The notes below the pieces were generated by a model that was given only the letters and a program-made list of their open reading frames with translations, had not been told where the DNA came from and did no database searches. From NCBI GenBank assembly GCA_002104945.1, contig MCFH01000045.1:372001-436000 (forward strand): a stretch of DNA of 64,000 nucleotides. The letters run 5' to 3'. Position 1 is the first letter of the stretch; every line of letters starts with the position of its first letter. The DNA is from Piromyces finnis finn. Lineage: Eukaryota > Fungi > Neocallimastigomycota. Made by a program: the position numbers and the translations under genes. Shown here piece after piece: positions 27,901-42,410 of this stretch.

Positions 27901-30817
27901 AATTTTAATTTCTTTATACTTCTTTTTTATTAAATGCATATAATTTACATATTTGAATATATTTTATTATATGGAACTAAGATAATATTATTTAAATATT
28001 ATTCAACTCACAATATATTGTTAAAATTAAATATATTTAAAAAAAGATATACTATGGAGCTATAAAAAGATTTTACTTTTTTTAATCGATCCTTAAATTA
28101 TATCTTATATAATAAATGGATTATGGATAAATTTTTATATTATAATACAATGTTAATATATTACAATAAATCAGTATCCAATTAAATATATGATTAGGAT
28201 TTATGTACATTACTTCAATATTATTAAAATGGAGTATACTCATTTTATTATTTGGCTGCTAAATAGCCAATCATTTTTGTTAAATTTATCTATCCTATAT
28301 ATTATGTCATAAATTGAAGGTGTTTTTTGTAAACATTTTATATTGATCAAATAACTAATATAAAATTTCAAAAAAAATAAAATAAAAAAGATTATCATAT
28401 TATTATTACTTTTTTTTTTAAATTATTAAATATTTCATTTAATATTAATAAAAATTTATAAAGTTTTATTTAATAATATTTAATAATAAATAAAGAGAAA
28501 GAAAAAAAGAGAATGTACATATTATATAAATATAAATTTGTGAATATAGTTTTAAGTTAATCATAATTTTTATTCGTTTTTCATAGTAAATGTAGATATA
28601 TTATTTTATTAATACCTATATTTACCTATTCAAGTAAATTTGAATTTTATATTATTTTTATATAATGTTAGTGAGGTTGAAAGTAAAAATAAAAACTAAT
28701 AAATAATTATTAAAAGCTAGATAAATATATTTAATATTATGTTATTCCGAACAAAAATTAATATATTATATAATTATTAATATAAGAATTTCTACTTACT
28801 TATTATATACTTATTTTATTTTAAAAAAAAAACAAAGTAGTTACTCCATTTTTATTATAATTAGTATTATCTTTTTTAATGTTTTTATATACTGTATAAA
28901 TTATTACTTTTTTGTTTTTAGTACTTTTACAAAAATCAATGTTGATAATTTTTAAAAAAAAAAAAGAGTAAAAATTTTGAATAAAAATAAAAAGAGAAAA
29001 CATATTGGTTTTTATATATTTTTTATTGTTAAAAGATTCAATAAATATTTTATAAAGATATTACATATATTAAATTGTCGTAAACTTTAATGTCTGGCAT
29101 AAATGAACTATTCAATATAACAATATAGATAAGATATTTTGAGTATCACGCACTCACTAAATAAAAAAATTAAAAAAAAAAAAATTCCTTATATTATTCA
29201 AATGAAAAAATATATCATCTTTCTTGAAAAAGTAATAAAATTTATTTCATTTGAATATAGAGCTTTTTTAATAAAAAATTTTGTTTAATCTTCTTTTGTT
29301 TTATACTATTTTGCATTATACAATTGTTAAATAATTTTAATAACTTATATATATATGTAATAATAAAGGAAAGGTAAAAAGTATATTATTTGATTATTTG
29401 TTTTATTTATTTTATTTTATTTTTATTTATTTTTTTATTTATTTATTTTGTTAGTTAGTTAGTTAATTATTATTCAAATATAAATTTTCATTAACATTTA
29501 ATTGAAAGCTAATCAAATATATTTTATCTCTTTTTTATTCAACATCCCAGAATTTTATATGATGAATCAAATAATTATTTTTTTTATTATCATTTTTTAT
29601 AGTATATAAATAGTATTTTGTTAATCCTATATATTCGATTTTCTAATACTTATGTTTATATATATGCTGTAATCCTTTATATTTTATATTTTATTGAAAA
29701 ATATGTTATATAAATTATAAAATAAAATATATTTTGCATAGATTCATTTGTAATTAGTAATATTTTTTATTTTTTAAATAGCTTTGTAAAATAATACCTT
29801 GTAGCTTTAATATTATTATGTAATAATTAATGTAAAATAAAAATAGATTAATAAATAATAAAAAATCAAAGTTTTATAAACATTACAATAATTACTAGTT
29901 AAGTTTTTTATTCTTTCTATTCTTTATATATATTAATGAAGAATATGTAATAATTTTTAGTGACCATTTAATCTAACCCTTTATTTATAAGTTCTAACCT
30001 CTAACCTCTCCACTTATTTTTATTAAAAATTAGTATTTTAATTTTTATATAACAAAAAAATAATAAATAAATTGGAACTTTGGAAAACTAAATAATATTA
30101 AGATATTAAATATAAATGATGTTAAATAAATAATATTTATTATACACTATTAATATATTATTAACTTAAATTTATATGATAATATTATAATTATAAAAGC
30201 ATTATATAAACTTGAATTATTATGGAAGTAATAATATTTGTTATTTTATTATAAAAATATTTCATATGCATTAGCTGATAAAGATTAACAAAGAAAAAAA
30301 TATTTAAAAAAATACAATTAAATCGAAAAATGGAAAACCAATTTAAAGATTATAATATGCAATAATAACATTCTATAATACATTATATCCAAATTTAATT
30401 TAATAAATAGTGTATAATTCAATCATTTTGAAGATATTTTAAAATTCATCAATTACATAAATTAACTTTTAGAATTTTAAATTTTGAATATGAAATAATA
30501 AGATTATACTAAAAACAAATAAATATTTAAAAATATATATTTATAACATTGAAAGAACATCTTTAGTATTATTAAAAATTATTTATATATTGATAAAATT
30601 ATCAACATTATATGTATTTTATCAACTTTATTAAATTGAAATAAAAAAAGATTTAAAATAATAAACATTAAATTAGATTCATGTTTTAAAAAAAAATAAT
30701 CTATAACATATACTCATAGTTAATTATAAATACAATATAATTTAATATTATATAAAGATATTTAAATTGCGAAATTAATATTAATTAGTTTATGATAATT
30801 GTAATAAATAAAAAGTA

Positions 30818-30868
<51 letters not shown>

Positions 30869-30967
30869 GATATTAGATTTAAATACGAATGAAAAAAAAA
30901 AGAATTTTAATAGTTTTTAATTATGGTGTTTAATATATATCTTTTATAAACTTTAAAACAAGAATAT

Positions 30968-31010
<43 letters not shown>

Positions 31011-31184
31011 TCAATTCAATTAAAGTGTAAATATAAATAAAAATAAAAATAAAAAAAGGCAATATATTGAAAAAGTATCAAAATATTTTTATCGTTTTTT
31101 TGAACAAAAATATTGTTAATTCATTTTGATAAAATTATGCTATATATATAAATATATATTTAATCTAATATTAATTTATTAAGA

Positions 31185-31218
<34 letters not shown>

Positions 31219-31974
31219 TAGATTTTTATAAGTAATAATAGAGTAATAGGTAATAGGATAGAAATATCATTACATAATTGTAAAAGAGTAAGATTGTAGG
31301 TGGTAAAAATAAGGTTTAATATTTGTTTTGAAAATCAATTTATTACTATTAATTTTTTTTTTAAAGTTATATACATATATAAATTGAAGTGTATTTTTTT
31401 TTTTTGAATTATAATATTTAATCTAGTTAGTGTATTTATCTTTTTCTTTCTTTCTGTTTGAAGTAATATATATATATATAAATATACATATTTTTTAAAA
31501 GAATATTGTATTCTTGATTATTAAAATTAATAACTTTGTGTTTTTTTAATGCCTATTTGTAATTTAATTATTTCATATATATTTAATTTATAAAGTTTTT
31601 CTTTTTTAATTTAAATGGATAAAGATATTAAATATAATTATTAATTAAAAAACTTGGATGCTTTATATTTTAATTAAAAAATTTTATAAAATAATAATAA
31701 TTAATTTACATCTTTTTAAAACAAATTTCTGTTTTAAAATATATCATTATTATTATTTCATTTAGATGATATTATAATACTTTGTTTCAAGAAATTTTAT
31801 TGTTATTATTGTTAATATCATATTTAGATAATTTTATTGAATTGTTTTTTTTTATATTACATATCATATATTAATTTATTCCTTCATATTTATATATACA
31901 ATAATAAATTTTTTATTACTATTTATAATAAATCCTATTAGTTAAATTTATTATTAAAAGAGAATTTTATAGTT

Positions 31975-32202
31975 TTTAAAAACATAAAAAAATAAATACA
32001 ATTGTCTTTATAAAGTAAGTTTAAAAACATAAAAAAATAAATGCAATTGTCTTTATAAAGTAAGAAGTTTGTTAATTATTGAATACAACAATAATTAATA
32101 TTATGGGTGATTATAATATTATAATATATTAATTATGTTAATTATTGAATACAACAATAATTAATATTATGGGTGATTATAATATTATAATATATTAATT
32201 AT
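31975..32202. repeat. Two adjacent tandem duplications: 45 bp x2 (31975-32064) and 66 bp x2 (32071-32202)
   Basis: Direct reading of near-perfect head-to-tail duplicates. Confidence 0.85.
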
Positions 32203-32900
32203 AATTCATTTTTTTAAATTAATTTTCTAATTATTATGATGGAAATCAATTCCGAATATTATTTAATAATTTTGCCCATTGATCTACTCATATACTATTA
32301 GTCATTTAATTTTGACATTTAAAAAATATAGAATTAAATAATTTTATATTTTATTTTCAATCAATAAGTATTATAGATTTATATTTAATTTAACTTAATA
32401 TATACTTTTTTTTTTTTTTTATAAATTGCTATAAATTGAAATAGATTTAATTGTAGAATATTATGAATATTATTATCAACTTTTGAATTTCTCTGCATAA
32501 TCTATTTCCTAATTATTATACGAAATATATATATATTTATTATTAATATCTTAATAGGCACGCTAAATATTTTATAACATTTATATTTTTATAGATTTCT
32601 TTATTATAAACTATATTTTAAATTTATAAAGCAATTTTATAATTATTTTTAAATATCTGTTATTAATTCTTTATGTTTTTAATACCTCTTTATTATTTAA
32701 ATGAAATTTATTATATTTTATATTATTTTTTTAGTGATTTATTGATGAAATTATATAAAAAAATTGATTAACGACAATTAAATTTATTTTTAAAAATATG
32801 TATTATAAATTTAATTAAAATTGTAATGATTGTAATGTTTTGAAAAAGATTTGATGTCATCAACAAATACTTAATAAAATTATAATGATAATTATATAAT

Positions 32901-33215
32901 CTATATAACCAATTCTATATAACCATAATTATAATTTTTGAAATACCCCGGTATCATAAATTCCATATATACATCGTTTAGATAACATTTATAGTTAGTT
33001 TTATACAAATCAAACGAATCACAATATGTTTTACCATAATAATTATATGATTTTCTATAGTTAAAAAGAATATTATCACAAAGTTCTACTAATACCTTAT
33101 TATTGTTAAAAACACAATAAGTATCAAAAAGAATATTATCACAAAGTTCTACTAATACCTTATCATTGTTAAAAACACAATAAGTATCAACACAATTAAC
33201 ATATAAAAATTTCAT
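32901..33215 (-). CDS. Possible small orphan ORF (104 aa, Y/C/N-rich) with an in-frame 21-aa duplication
   Basis: ATG in an A-rich context. The 63-bp tandem repeat (33063-33188) keeps the frame (DTYCVFNNxKVLVELCDNILF x2). No recognisable homology. Confidence 0.25.
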   Translation of the reverse strand: MKFLYVNCVDTYCVFNNDKVLVELCDNILFDTYCVFNNNKVLVELCDNILFNYRKSYNYYGKTYCDSFDLYKTNYKCYLNDVYMEFMIPGYFKNYNYGYIELVI

Positions 33216-35735
33216 TCTAAATTATTATTACATTTGTAAAAAATAAATGTATTATAACAATGTTCATTAACAGGGTTTTCTAATTTAGTAATATTTATCT
33301 AAATATGCTTTACAAATATATAATTTTATGTTACCATTTTATTTGATATTTTAATAAAAAATGGTTTACCATATTTATAATCCAGTGAAACACAAATATT
33401 AGTTTTTCAAAAATATCTTCCATAGTTTTCATTTTTAATATTTAATACTTGTTATAAAGAGTTGTAATATTATTATATTTTAATTTCCATAGAAGTATAT
33501 AATTTGAAAAAAAAAATACATATTGAATTTAACAAAACTATTTTTATTTAAATGTTACATATATAATTTCTATTGTTATTATTCTATGTTAAGAACTACA
33601 TTATAATAAAACATTTTTTATTTTTTCTTTCATGTAAGTAAAACTTAAATCCTTTTTTTTTATTTCAATTCATATTATTTAATACTTGTCATGTGATGCA
33701 TTTTAATATTCATATATTCATTGTTCCATATATTAAATCTTAAATACAAATTATTATTATAAATAATATATTATAATATATTTTTAATTATTAAATTTAA
33801 ATTAAACAATTAACTTAATACAAATTTAAAATATCTAAAATATAATCACAATATACTTGATTTGTTATTATAATTATTAACATTAGTTTTAATATTTTCG
33901 TATAATTCTTTTTTTTTTTATTTTGTATTTTTGTTTTTATTATAAATTTTTTTTAAAATGTTTTAATATTTTTATAAATACATCTGAATTAATTTTGTAT
34001 TATATACCTTAGTTTTTTAAAAATTGAATCATTCATTCATAATTTCCTTTTTTATATACAATTAACTCAACAAATTAGGTTAACATCCAATTTTCTTTTA
34101 AATTTTAAATATTGTACATTATACTATAACATAACAATAATAACATGTAACGTGATTAATAATTAATGATATTAAAAAAATGAAATATTTTAGTAATAAG
34201 ATAAATTATATACTTTTATTATTATTATAATAATATTATGATATTTATTTATTTCTTCAACTTTTTATTTATTTGTTTATTATTATTGAAAATTTTTTAA
34301 TATTTATTTCTCATATAACTAAAGATGAAAGAATTATAAATTTTTAAATAAAAATAAAAAATAATAATATAATATGAAGATTTAAATATATAGCTTTTTG
34401 AACTATTAAATAAAAAATAATATTTAAAGTTAAATTATAATTTTAATTCTGATGAAAAGGGATGAAATTGTTGATTGAATATTTATCCATCATTGTATAT
34501 TAAAAACAACCTCATTTCATATATGAGCATTCTAGTTATTACTATTATACAATTTTAAAATTGAATATTGTGGTAAATGAAAGGTTTGAACTAAATTTTT
34601 TAATATACCTCAATATATTAATTTTAATTTTAATTGTAAATAAATCATTTCATTATTATAATATTGAATGTAATTATTATTTATTTTTCATATATCCTTT
34701 TATATCCTTTTTGATATTATTATTAAATTTAATGTTTTTTTAATATTAAATAATGATTACACAAACTCTATTTACTATTAAAAAATACAATAACGCTTTT
34801 CAGTAAATTAAATATATATTCCAATAAAGGCTATAATATATAATATCTATTACATATGGTCAGTCATTGATGGGAAAAATCATAAAAAATAAAGTTTTAT
34901 CCTTATTTTAATAGAATATAAAACATATATTTTCTATTAGCTATGGAAACAAAGTAAAGGAAATAGGAAGAAATTATTCTTTTATTTTAATATAAATTTT
35001 TTAAGATTTTATTTATATATAATAAAGTTACAATAAATTAAAAATAATAATATTTAAACTTATTATTTTCATATCTTTTTTTTTGGTTCATGTTAATTAA
35101 AAATTTAATAATATTATTATTTAATATACTTTCAAATTTTAATATTAATTAATTGAATTTTATTATTGGAACATTTTCTATATAATAGTTAAAAAAGTAT
35201 TCCATTCAGAATTTTTTTTTCAATTTTTTTTTAAAAAAATAATAAAAAAAAATTATATATATTTTATAAAAAAAGATTCAAATAAATTAAAAAAAACATT
35301 ACTAAAAGAATAATACAAATTTTTTTAATAATATTTTTTTTATAGAAAAAATAAATAGAATTTATTTTTTTAAAGAAGTAAAATAATTAAAGAAAAAATA
35401 TAAGAGGTAATTAGAACTTTTATTTTAATAAAAAATAAAAATTTAATTGAAAACGCGCTTAGTTAATAGTTGAATAATTAATATATATTTTATTAATTTA
35501 TAATAAAAATTTAAATTCGAAAGAGTATTAAATAAAAAAAGTTCTAAAAAAATATTATACTAATAAAATTATATATTTTTATATATGTATATATAATATC
35601 TAAAATATACTTAATAAAAATAAAAAAAATATCATTTTTTAAAAAAAATTCAATAGATAATTATAAATTATCAATAATAAATAATAATAATAATTTAAGC
35701 ATAATTAATATTATAAATCAAATAAATAAGTCAAA

Positions 35736-37769
35736 ATGAATATGAAGAATCTTAACATCATTTTTGCTTTCATTTACGTTGCTAATTTGGTTCTTTCATC
35801 ACCAATTAGAAACTATGAAGAAACATCTCCAGCTATTATTGCTGAAGAAGAATACATTGTTTCTTCTCTTGAAGATTGTGATTCTAATGATGAAATCGAA
35901 ATCAAGGGTGATAATTATGTAGTAAAGAATGAAGAAGATTGCTTATCTGGTGATGAAATTATTAAGGATGATGAAGCTATTGTTCCAGCCGCCTCAGATT
36001 ATGAAGTCTCTAATGTTGAAGACTGTGAATCTGGTGATGAAATTATTGAAGAAAAGGAACCAGTTGCTCCATCAGTTGAAGAACCAGCTGAAAAGCCAGC
36101 TGATGAAGAATATGTTGTTGATAACGAAGAAGACTGTGAATCTGGTGACGAAATTGTTAATGAAAAGGAACCAGTTGCTCCATCAGTTGAAGAACCAGCT
36201 GAAAAGCCAGCTGATGAAGAATACGTTGTTGATAACGAAGAAGACTGTGAATCTGGTGACGAAATTGTTAATGAAAAGGAACCAGTTGCTCCATCAGTTG
36301 AAGAACCAGCTGAAAAGCCAGCTGATGAAGAATACGTTGTTGATAACGAAGAAGACTGTGAATCTGGTGACGAAATTATTAATGAAAAGGAACCAGTTGC
36401 TCCATCAGTTGAAGAACCAGCTGAAAAACCAGCTGATGAAGAATATGTTGTTGATAATGTAGAAGACTGTGAATCTGGTGACGAAATTGTTAATGAAAAG
36501 GAACCAGTTGCTCCATCAGTTGAAGAACCAGCTGAAAAGCCAGCTGATGAAGAATATGTTGTTGATAACGAAGAAGACTGTGAATCTGGTGACGAAATTG
36601 TTAATGAAAAGGAACCAGTTGCTCCATCAGTTGAAGAACCAGCTGAAAAGCCAGCTGATGAAGAATATGTTGTTGATAACGAAGAAGACTGTGAATCTGG
36701 TGACGAAATTGTTAATGAAAAGGAACCAGTTGCTCCATCAGTTGAAGAACCAGCTGAAAAGCCAGCTGAAAAGCCAGCTGATGAAGAATATGTTGTTGAT
36801 AATGTAGAAGACTGTGAATCTGGTGACGAAATTGTTAATGAAAAGGAACCAGTTGCTCCATCAGTTGAAGAACCAGCTGAAAAGCCAGCTGATGAAGAAT
36901 ACGTTGTTGATAACGAAGAAGACTGTAAATCTGGTGACGAAATTGTTAATGAAAAGGAACCAGTTGCTCCATCAGTTGAAGAACCAGCTGAAAAGCCAGC
37001 TGATGAAGAATACGTTGTTGATAACGAAGAAGACTGTGAATCTGGTGACGAAATTATTAATGAAAAGGAACCAGTTGCTCCATCAGTTGAAGAACCAGCT
37101 GAAAAGCCAGCTGATGAAGAATACGTTGTTGATAATGTAGAAGACTGTGAATCTGGTGACGAAATTGTTAATGAAAAGGAACCAGTTGCTCCATCAGTTG
37201 AAGAACCAGCTGAAAAGCCAGCTGATGAAGAATATGTTGTTGATAACGAAGAAGACTGTGAATCTGGTGACGAAATTATTAATGAAAAGGAACCAGTTGC
37301 TCCATCAGTTGAAGAACCAGCTGAAAAACCAGCTGATGAAGAATACGTTGTTGATAACGAAGAAGACTGTGAATCTGGTGACGAAATTATTAATGAAAAG
37401 GAACCAGTTGCTCCATCAGTTGAAGAACCAGCTGAAAAGCCAGCTGATGAAGAATATGTTGTTGATAACGAAGAAGACTGTGAATCTGGTGACGAAATTA
37501 TTAATGAAAAGGAACCAGTTGCTCCATCAGTTGAAGAACCAGCTGAAAAACCAGCTGACGAAGAATACGTTGTTGATAATGTAGAAGACTGTGAATCTGG
37601 TGACGAAATTGTTAATGAAAAGGAACCAGTTGCTCCATCAGTTGAAGAACCAGCTGAAAAGCCAGCTGATGAAGAATATGTTGTTGATAATGTAGAAGAC
37701 TGTGAATCTGGTGATGAAATTATTAACCAAGCTGATGAAGCTTTAAGTGATGTTGAAGATTCAGAATAA
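35736..37769 (+). CDS. Secreted, highly acidic tandem-repeat protein (677 aa), intronless
   Basis: Signal-peptide-like N-terminus (MKNLNIIFAFIYVANLVLS|SPIR). There are 15 copies of the 37-aa unit EEYVVDNEEDCESGDEI(V/I)NEKEPVAPSVEEPAEKPAD plus 3 degenerate EDCxSxDEI motifs. Codon bias matches the host. Confidence 0.9.
   Translation: MNMKNLNIIFAFIYVANLVLSSPIRNYEETSPAIIAEEEYIVSSLEDCDSNDEIEIKGDNYVVKNEEDCLSGDEIIKDDEAIVPAASDYEVSNVEDCESGDEIIEEKEPVAPSVEEPAEKPADEEYVVDNEEDCESGDEIVNEKEPVAPSVEEPAEKPADEEYVVDNEEDCESGDEIVNEKEPVAPSVEEPAEKPADEEYVVDNEEDCESGDEIINEKEPVAPSVEEPAEKPADEEYVVDNVEDCESGDEIVNEKEPVAPSVEEPAEKPADEEYVVDNEEDCESGDEIVNEKEPVAPSVEEPAEKPADEEYVVDNEEDCESGDEIVNEKEPVAPSVEEPAEKPAEKPADEEYVVDNVEDCESGDEIVNEKEPVAPSVEEPAEKPADEEYVVDNEEDCKSGDEIVNEKEPVAPSVEEPAEKPADEEYVVDNEEDCESGDEIINEKEPVAPSVEEPAEKPADEEYVVDNVEDCESGDEIVNEKEPVAPSVEEPAEKPADEEYVVDNEEDCESGDEIINEKEPVAPSVEEPAEKPADEEYVVDNEEDCESGDEIINEKEPVAPSVEEPAEKPADEEYVVDNEEDCESGDEIINEKEPVAPSVEEPAEKPADEEYVVDNVEDCESGDEIVNEKEPVAPSVEEPAEKPADEEYVVDNVEDCESGDEIINQADEALSDVEDSE
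36050..37725 (+). repeat. 111-bp coding minisatellite, about 15 units
   Basis: Period 111 nt, with one unit carrying a 12-nt EKPA duplication at about 36760. Confidence 0.95.
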
Positions 37770-39017
37770 AGCATTTAATTTATGCTATTATTTTAGTAAT
37801 AATTTTATTTCTAATAACAATAAATTAAATATGTATTATTATTAGAAATAAAATAAATTGTATAAAATATATATAATTTTTTTTTATAAAAGAAAATTAT
37901 TTTTCATTAATTTTTTTATTTTTTTTCATAAATGTTAAAAAGAAAAAAATTTGAAAGATAAATATATTAATATTAATATATTAACATTTTTAGAATAAAA
38001 AATAATTAAAAAAAAAAAAAAAGAAATATTTAATAGTAAATAAATAATAATAAAAAATATTTATCAATATCAATATCTTAAATTAATAAAGAAATACAAA
38101 AATTAAAAAAAAAAAAAAAAAATAGCGAAATTAAATACATTTGTAAATTATATTTTATGATTTAGTAAATGTTTTTTTTTTTTTTTTTAGTTGCAGGTTA
38201 TGTCCCATGAATTAAAATAATTATCATTTTTGAAAATTTTGGTATGTGGCACAAATAAAATGCTGCTGAATTTTTTTTTAAATAATTTGGTAAAGTGAAG
38301 CTTTACTTTTATTTATACATAAACTCAACACAATGAAAATGATAAAATATAATAAATAATATTCTTTATTTTTCCTTTTTTAAATTGTAAGTAATTATAT
38401 TTATTTTAAAGGACAGCTTTATAAATAAATATATGAAAAAATTATTATATTTTCATAAATATAATTATATCTTTTTTTTTAAGTACTCTAAATTTTATTT
38501 TAAAATATATACATTGAAATAATTATTTCTATGATTTTAAAGTTTGATTATTATTTTTTTATTTATATTAACTTTTCACATGAGTAATATTTATTATTTA
38601 ATTTAATAAATTCAAAATAAACATAAATATATGATATTATGTACCATACATAATGTAATTGTAATCAAAGAAAATTAAAGAATTTTTAAATTTGTAATAA
38701 TAGCGAATCAGAAAAAAAAAATAAAATATTATTATAAAAAATGTAAAAAGTATTACAATAATAATAAAAAAATTCCAATTACTAATTTAATTAATTTATA
38801 ATATCATTTAACTGATAATATATTAAATATTAATTAGAAAAGATAGAATAGAAAAATATATATATATAATATATTTTTTTTTATTTTATATATTAAAAAA
38901 AAGAGTATTATTTGATACAGAATTTAGTATTATCCATTTATCTTAGAAGATAGTGTCTATAATACTTTTACTTTTTTTATAATTTAATTCATTTATTCAG
39001 AAATATAAATAAAAAAT

Positions 39018-42000
39018 ATGCAAGCACCAGTTATTGTTTTAAGTATGTTATTAATTTATTTTCTTTTATTTTTTTTTAACTCTGATGATAATTAGGTCCA
39101 TCAAATTAATCAATCATCTATTTATTATCCATCACAATATTCTTGGAATTTATAAACATTGACTAAATAATGATAAAGATAATACTATTAATATATAAAT
39201 AAATCAAACATGATTTAAATAATCAAAATATGGAAATATTTTTTTTTAATTTTAAATGAAATCTATTTTACTATTTTATTATGAATTTTTAAAATATATT
39301 TGTAATTATGAAAAATAAAAGTAAAGATCAAATAAATGATCGAAATTATAGATTAAACTGTTATATTAATATTATAAATTCACTTATTATACCAGTAATG
39401 AGAAAAAAAAAAATAATTATATAAGATAAAATTAATACATATTATTCAGGATCGAAATTATATATCATCACAATTATTATTAAATATCAATATATATATA
39501 TGTATATATACATAACATAAATTTATATTATGCTAAAATATTTATTTATTATTATATATTAAAATTCATTGCATAATTTTATGATTTTTTAATTATTATT
39601 ATTATATAACACTTAATAAAAGACACCAACGCCAAAAGAGAGCAAGGTAAGAAGGCTCAATTATCTAACATTCAAGCTGCCAAGGTATAAAAAAAATTTT
39701 TTTTAATAATATAATAGAAACTTAATAAAAATCATATAAATATAAATATAAAAATGTATTTATTATAAGTTCATTGATCAACGTAATTTAACAATATTTT
39801 TAAAATTCAATAATGAAAGTCACTTTTTTTTTATTTACATAATAAAAATGAGATATATTCATTCAACAGATATTTATTTAAAACTTATTAAATAATAATT
39901 AAGAAAGGATTTTGAAAAAATTAAAAAAAATTGATTTTAATTTTTTAATTTTATATGTATTGTGTTATTTATATATCTTTTTAATATTATTTAAAGATTG
40001 TTTCCGATATTATTCGTACTTGTCTTGGTCCAAGAGCAATGTTAAAGATGATTTTAGATCCAATGGGTGGTATTGTTCTTACTAATGATGGTAATGCAAT
40101 TTTAAGAGAAGTTGATGTTGCCCATCCAGCTGCAAAGTCTATGATTGAACTTTCTAGAACTCAAGATGAGGAAGTTGGTGATGGTACTACTAGTGTAATT
40201 ATCTTAGGTAATTCATTGTTTAATTATTATTTATCATATTGAATATTATTCTTACATTAAATTATTATTTATTTTTTATTACTATTTAACTTATGAAATT
40301 ATTATTAAATATTATTAAAATTAATAAAATTGAAAATAATCAATAACATTTTTAATGAATATTATAAATTTAAATTATTTTTTTGATGAAAATAGCTGGT
40401 GAAACTATTGTTTCTGCTATTCCATTCCTTGAACGTAACATTCACCCAATTACTATCATTTCAGCTTACAAGAAGGCTTTAGAAGATGCTATTTCTATTT
40501 TAGATGAAATTGCTCTTAATGTTGATGTTAATAATGATGAAGAAATGATTGCTTTAATTAAGAGTTCTATTGGTACTAAGTTCATTAGTGCTTGGGGTGA
40601 TATGATGTGCAAATTAGCTCTTGATTCTGTTAGAACTGTTTCCACTGAAATTAATGGAAAGAGAGAAGTTGATATTAAGAGATATGCTAAAGTTGAAAAG
40701 GTAAATTTAAATATTTAATAGCATTATATAATAGTTAATTATGTGTTATTATTTATATAAATATTGATATTATTTATATTAATTTTATTTTATTTTATAC
40801 TAATTATTAATTATAATCAAATTTATAAAATTGTTATATTTTTTTAAATTATTATTATTGTAATAAAAAAAGATTCCAGGTGGTGAAATTGAAGATTCTC
40901 GTGTTTTAGATGGTATTATGGTTAATAAAGATGTTACTCATCCAAATATGAGACGTAGAATTGAAAACCCAAGAATTATTTTATTAGATTGTCCACTTGA
41001 ATATAAGAAGGGTGAATCTCAAACTAATGCAGAAGTTACTGATGAAAAGCATTGGGCTCGTCTTTTAGAAATTGAAGAAGAACAAGTTAAGCAATTATGT
41101 GATTCTATTATTGCTCTTAAACCAGATTTAGTTTTCACTGAAAAGGGAGTTTCTGGTAAATATCTTCATTCCATATTTATATATATATAGTTACATTTAT
41201 TATTATAGTTTTTATTGAATACTAACTGATAACAATTAAAATAATTTATAATAAAATAAATACTAAAAATGCAATTTTTATTTTAAAATTATTAATATAA
41301 TTTAAATAGACTTAGCTCAACACTACCTTATGAAGGCTAATGTAACTGCTATTCGTCGTGTTAGAAAAACTGATAATAATCGTATTGCTCGTGCTACTGG
41401 TGCTACTATTGTTAACCAAGTCGATGATCTTAAAGAATCTGATGTTGGTACTGGTTGTGGTTTATTTGAAGTTCAAAAGATTGGTGATGAATATTTCACT
41501 TTCTTAACTAAATGTAAAGATCCAAAGGCTTGTACTATTATGTTACGTGGTCCATCAAAGGATATTCTTAATGAAATTGAACGTAACTTACAAGATGCTA
41601 TGGCTGTTGCTAGAAATGTTGTTTTCGAGCCAAAATTATGTCCAGGTGGTGGTGCAACTGAAATGGCTATCAGTGTTGGTTTAGCTAAGAACAGTCAAAA
41701 TATTAGTGGTGTATGTTTATTATAATATTATATATATATATTATATAAAAAATGCAATGGATGATTTAAAATATAAACTTATAACTCTTATATTAATATA
41801 TTAATAATAAAAATTAGATTGAACAATGGCCATACAAGGCTTTAGCTGATTCATTCGAAGTTATTCCTCGTACTTTAATTCAAAATTGTGGTGGTAATGC
41901 TATTAAGGTTTTAACTCAATTACGTGCTAAGCATGCTCAAGGTCAACATACTTGGGGTATTGATGGTACAAAGGGTGTTATTGTTGACATGAAGGAATAC

Positions 42001-42410
42001 GGTATTTGGGATCCATATGCTGTTAAGGCTCAAACTATTAAGACTGCCATTGAAGTATGTATTATTTTAATTGAAAATATGAATTAGATATATATTCTAA
42101 ACTTCTTAAAGATAATTGTATAATTTGATATGTAATATATTAATACTTTTTATATTTTCTTTTCTTATAGTCATCATGTATGCTTTTACGTGTCGATGAT
42201 GTTGTTTCTGGTATGTCAAAGAAAACTGAACAAGAACCACCAAAGCATGCTGCTGACGAACCAGAGGTAAATAATAAATATTATAATAATTAATATATAG
42301 AGTTTATATGTTTTATTTAAATTTAATTAATATTAATATATAAATATTAAATATTTATTGATATAATTATAATAAATATAATATAAAAATAGGGTATGCA
42401 ATTAGAATAA
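39018..42410 (+). CDS. CCT3: T-complex protein 1 subunit gamma (chaperonin CCT/TRiC), multi-exon
   Basis: MQAPVIVL start, RTCLGPRAMLKMILDPMGGIVLTNDGNAILRE, EVGDGTTSVIIL, RRIENPRIILLDCPLEYKKGESQT and CMLLRVDDVVSG. The last micro-exon is GMQLE*. Confidence 0.97.

Noticed and set aside
35929-37774. Alternate-frame and antisense repeat ORFs over the acidic repeat gene
   Set aside because: These are shadows of the 111-bp coding repeat; only the plus frame has a signal peptide and host codon bias.
39043-39621. snoRNA in the long first intron of CCT3
   Set aside because: Only partial C-box-like and ACA-like words are present, with no convincing box pair or hairpins by eye. An Infernal or snoReport scan would be needed.
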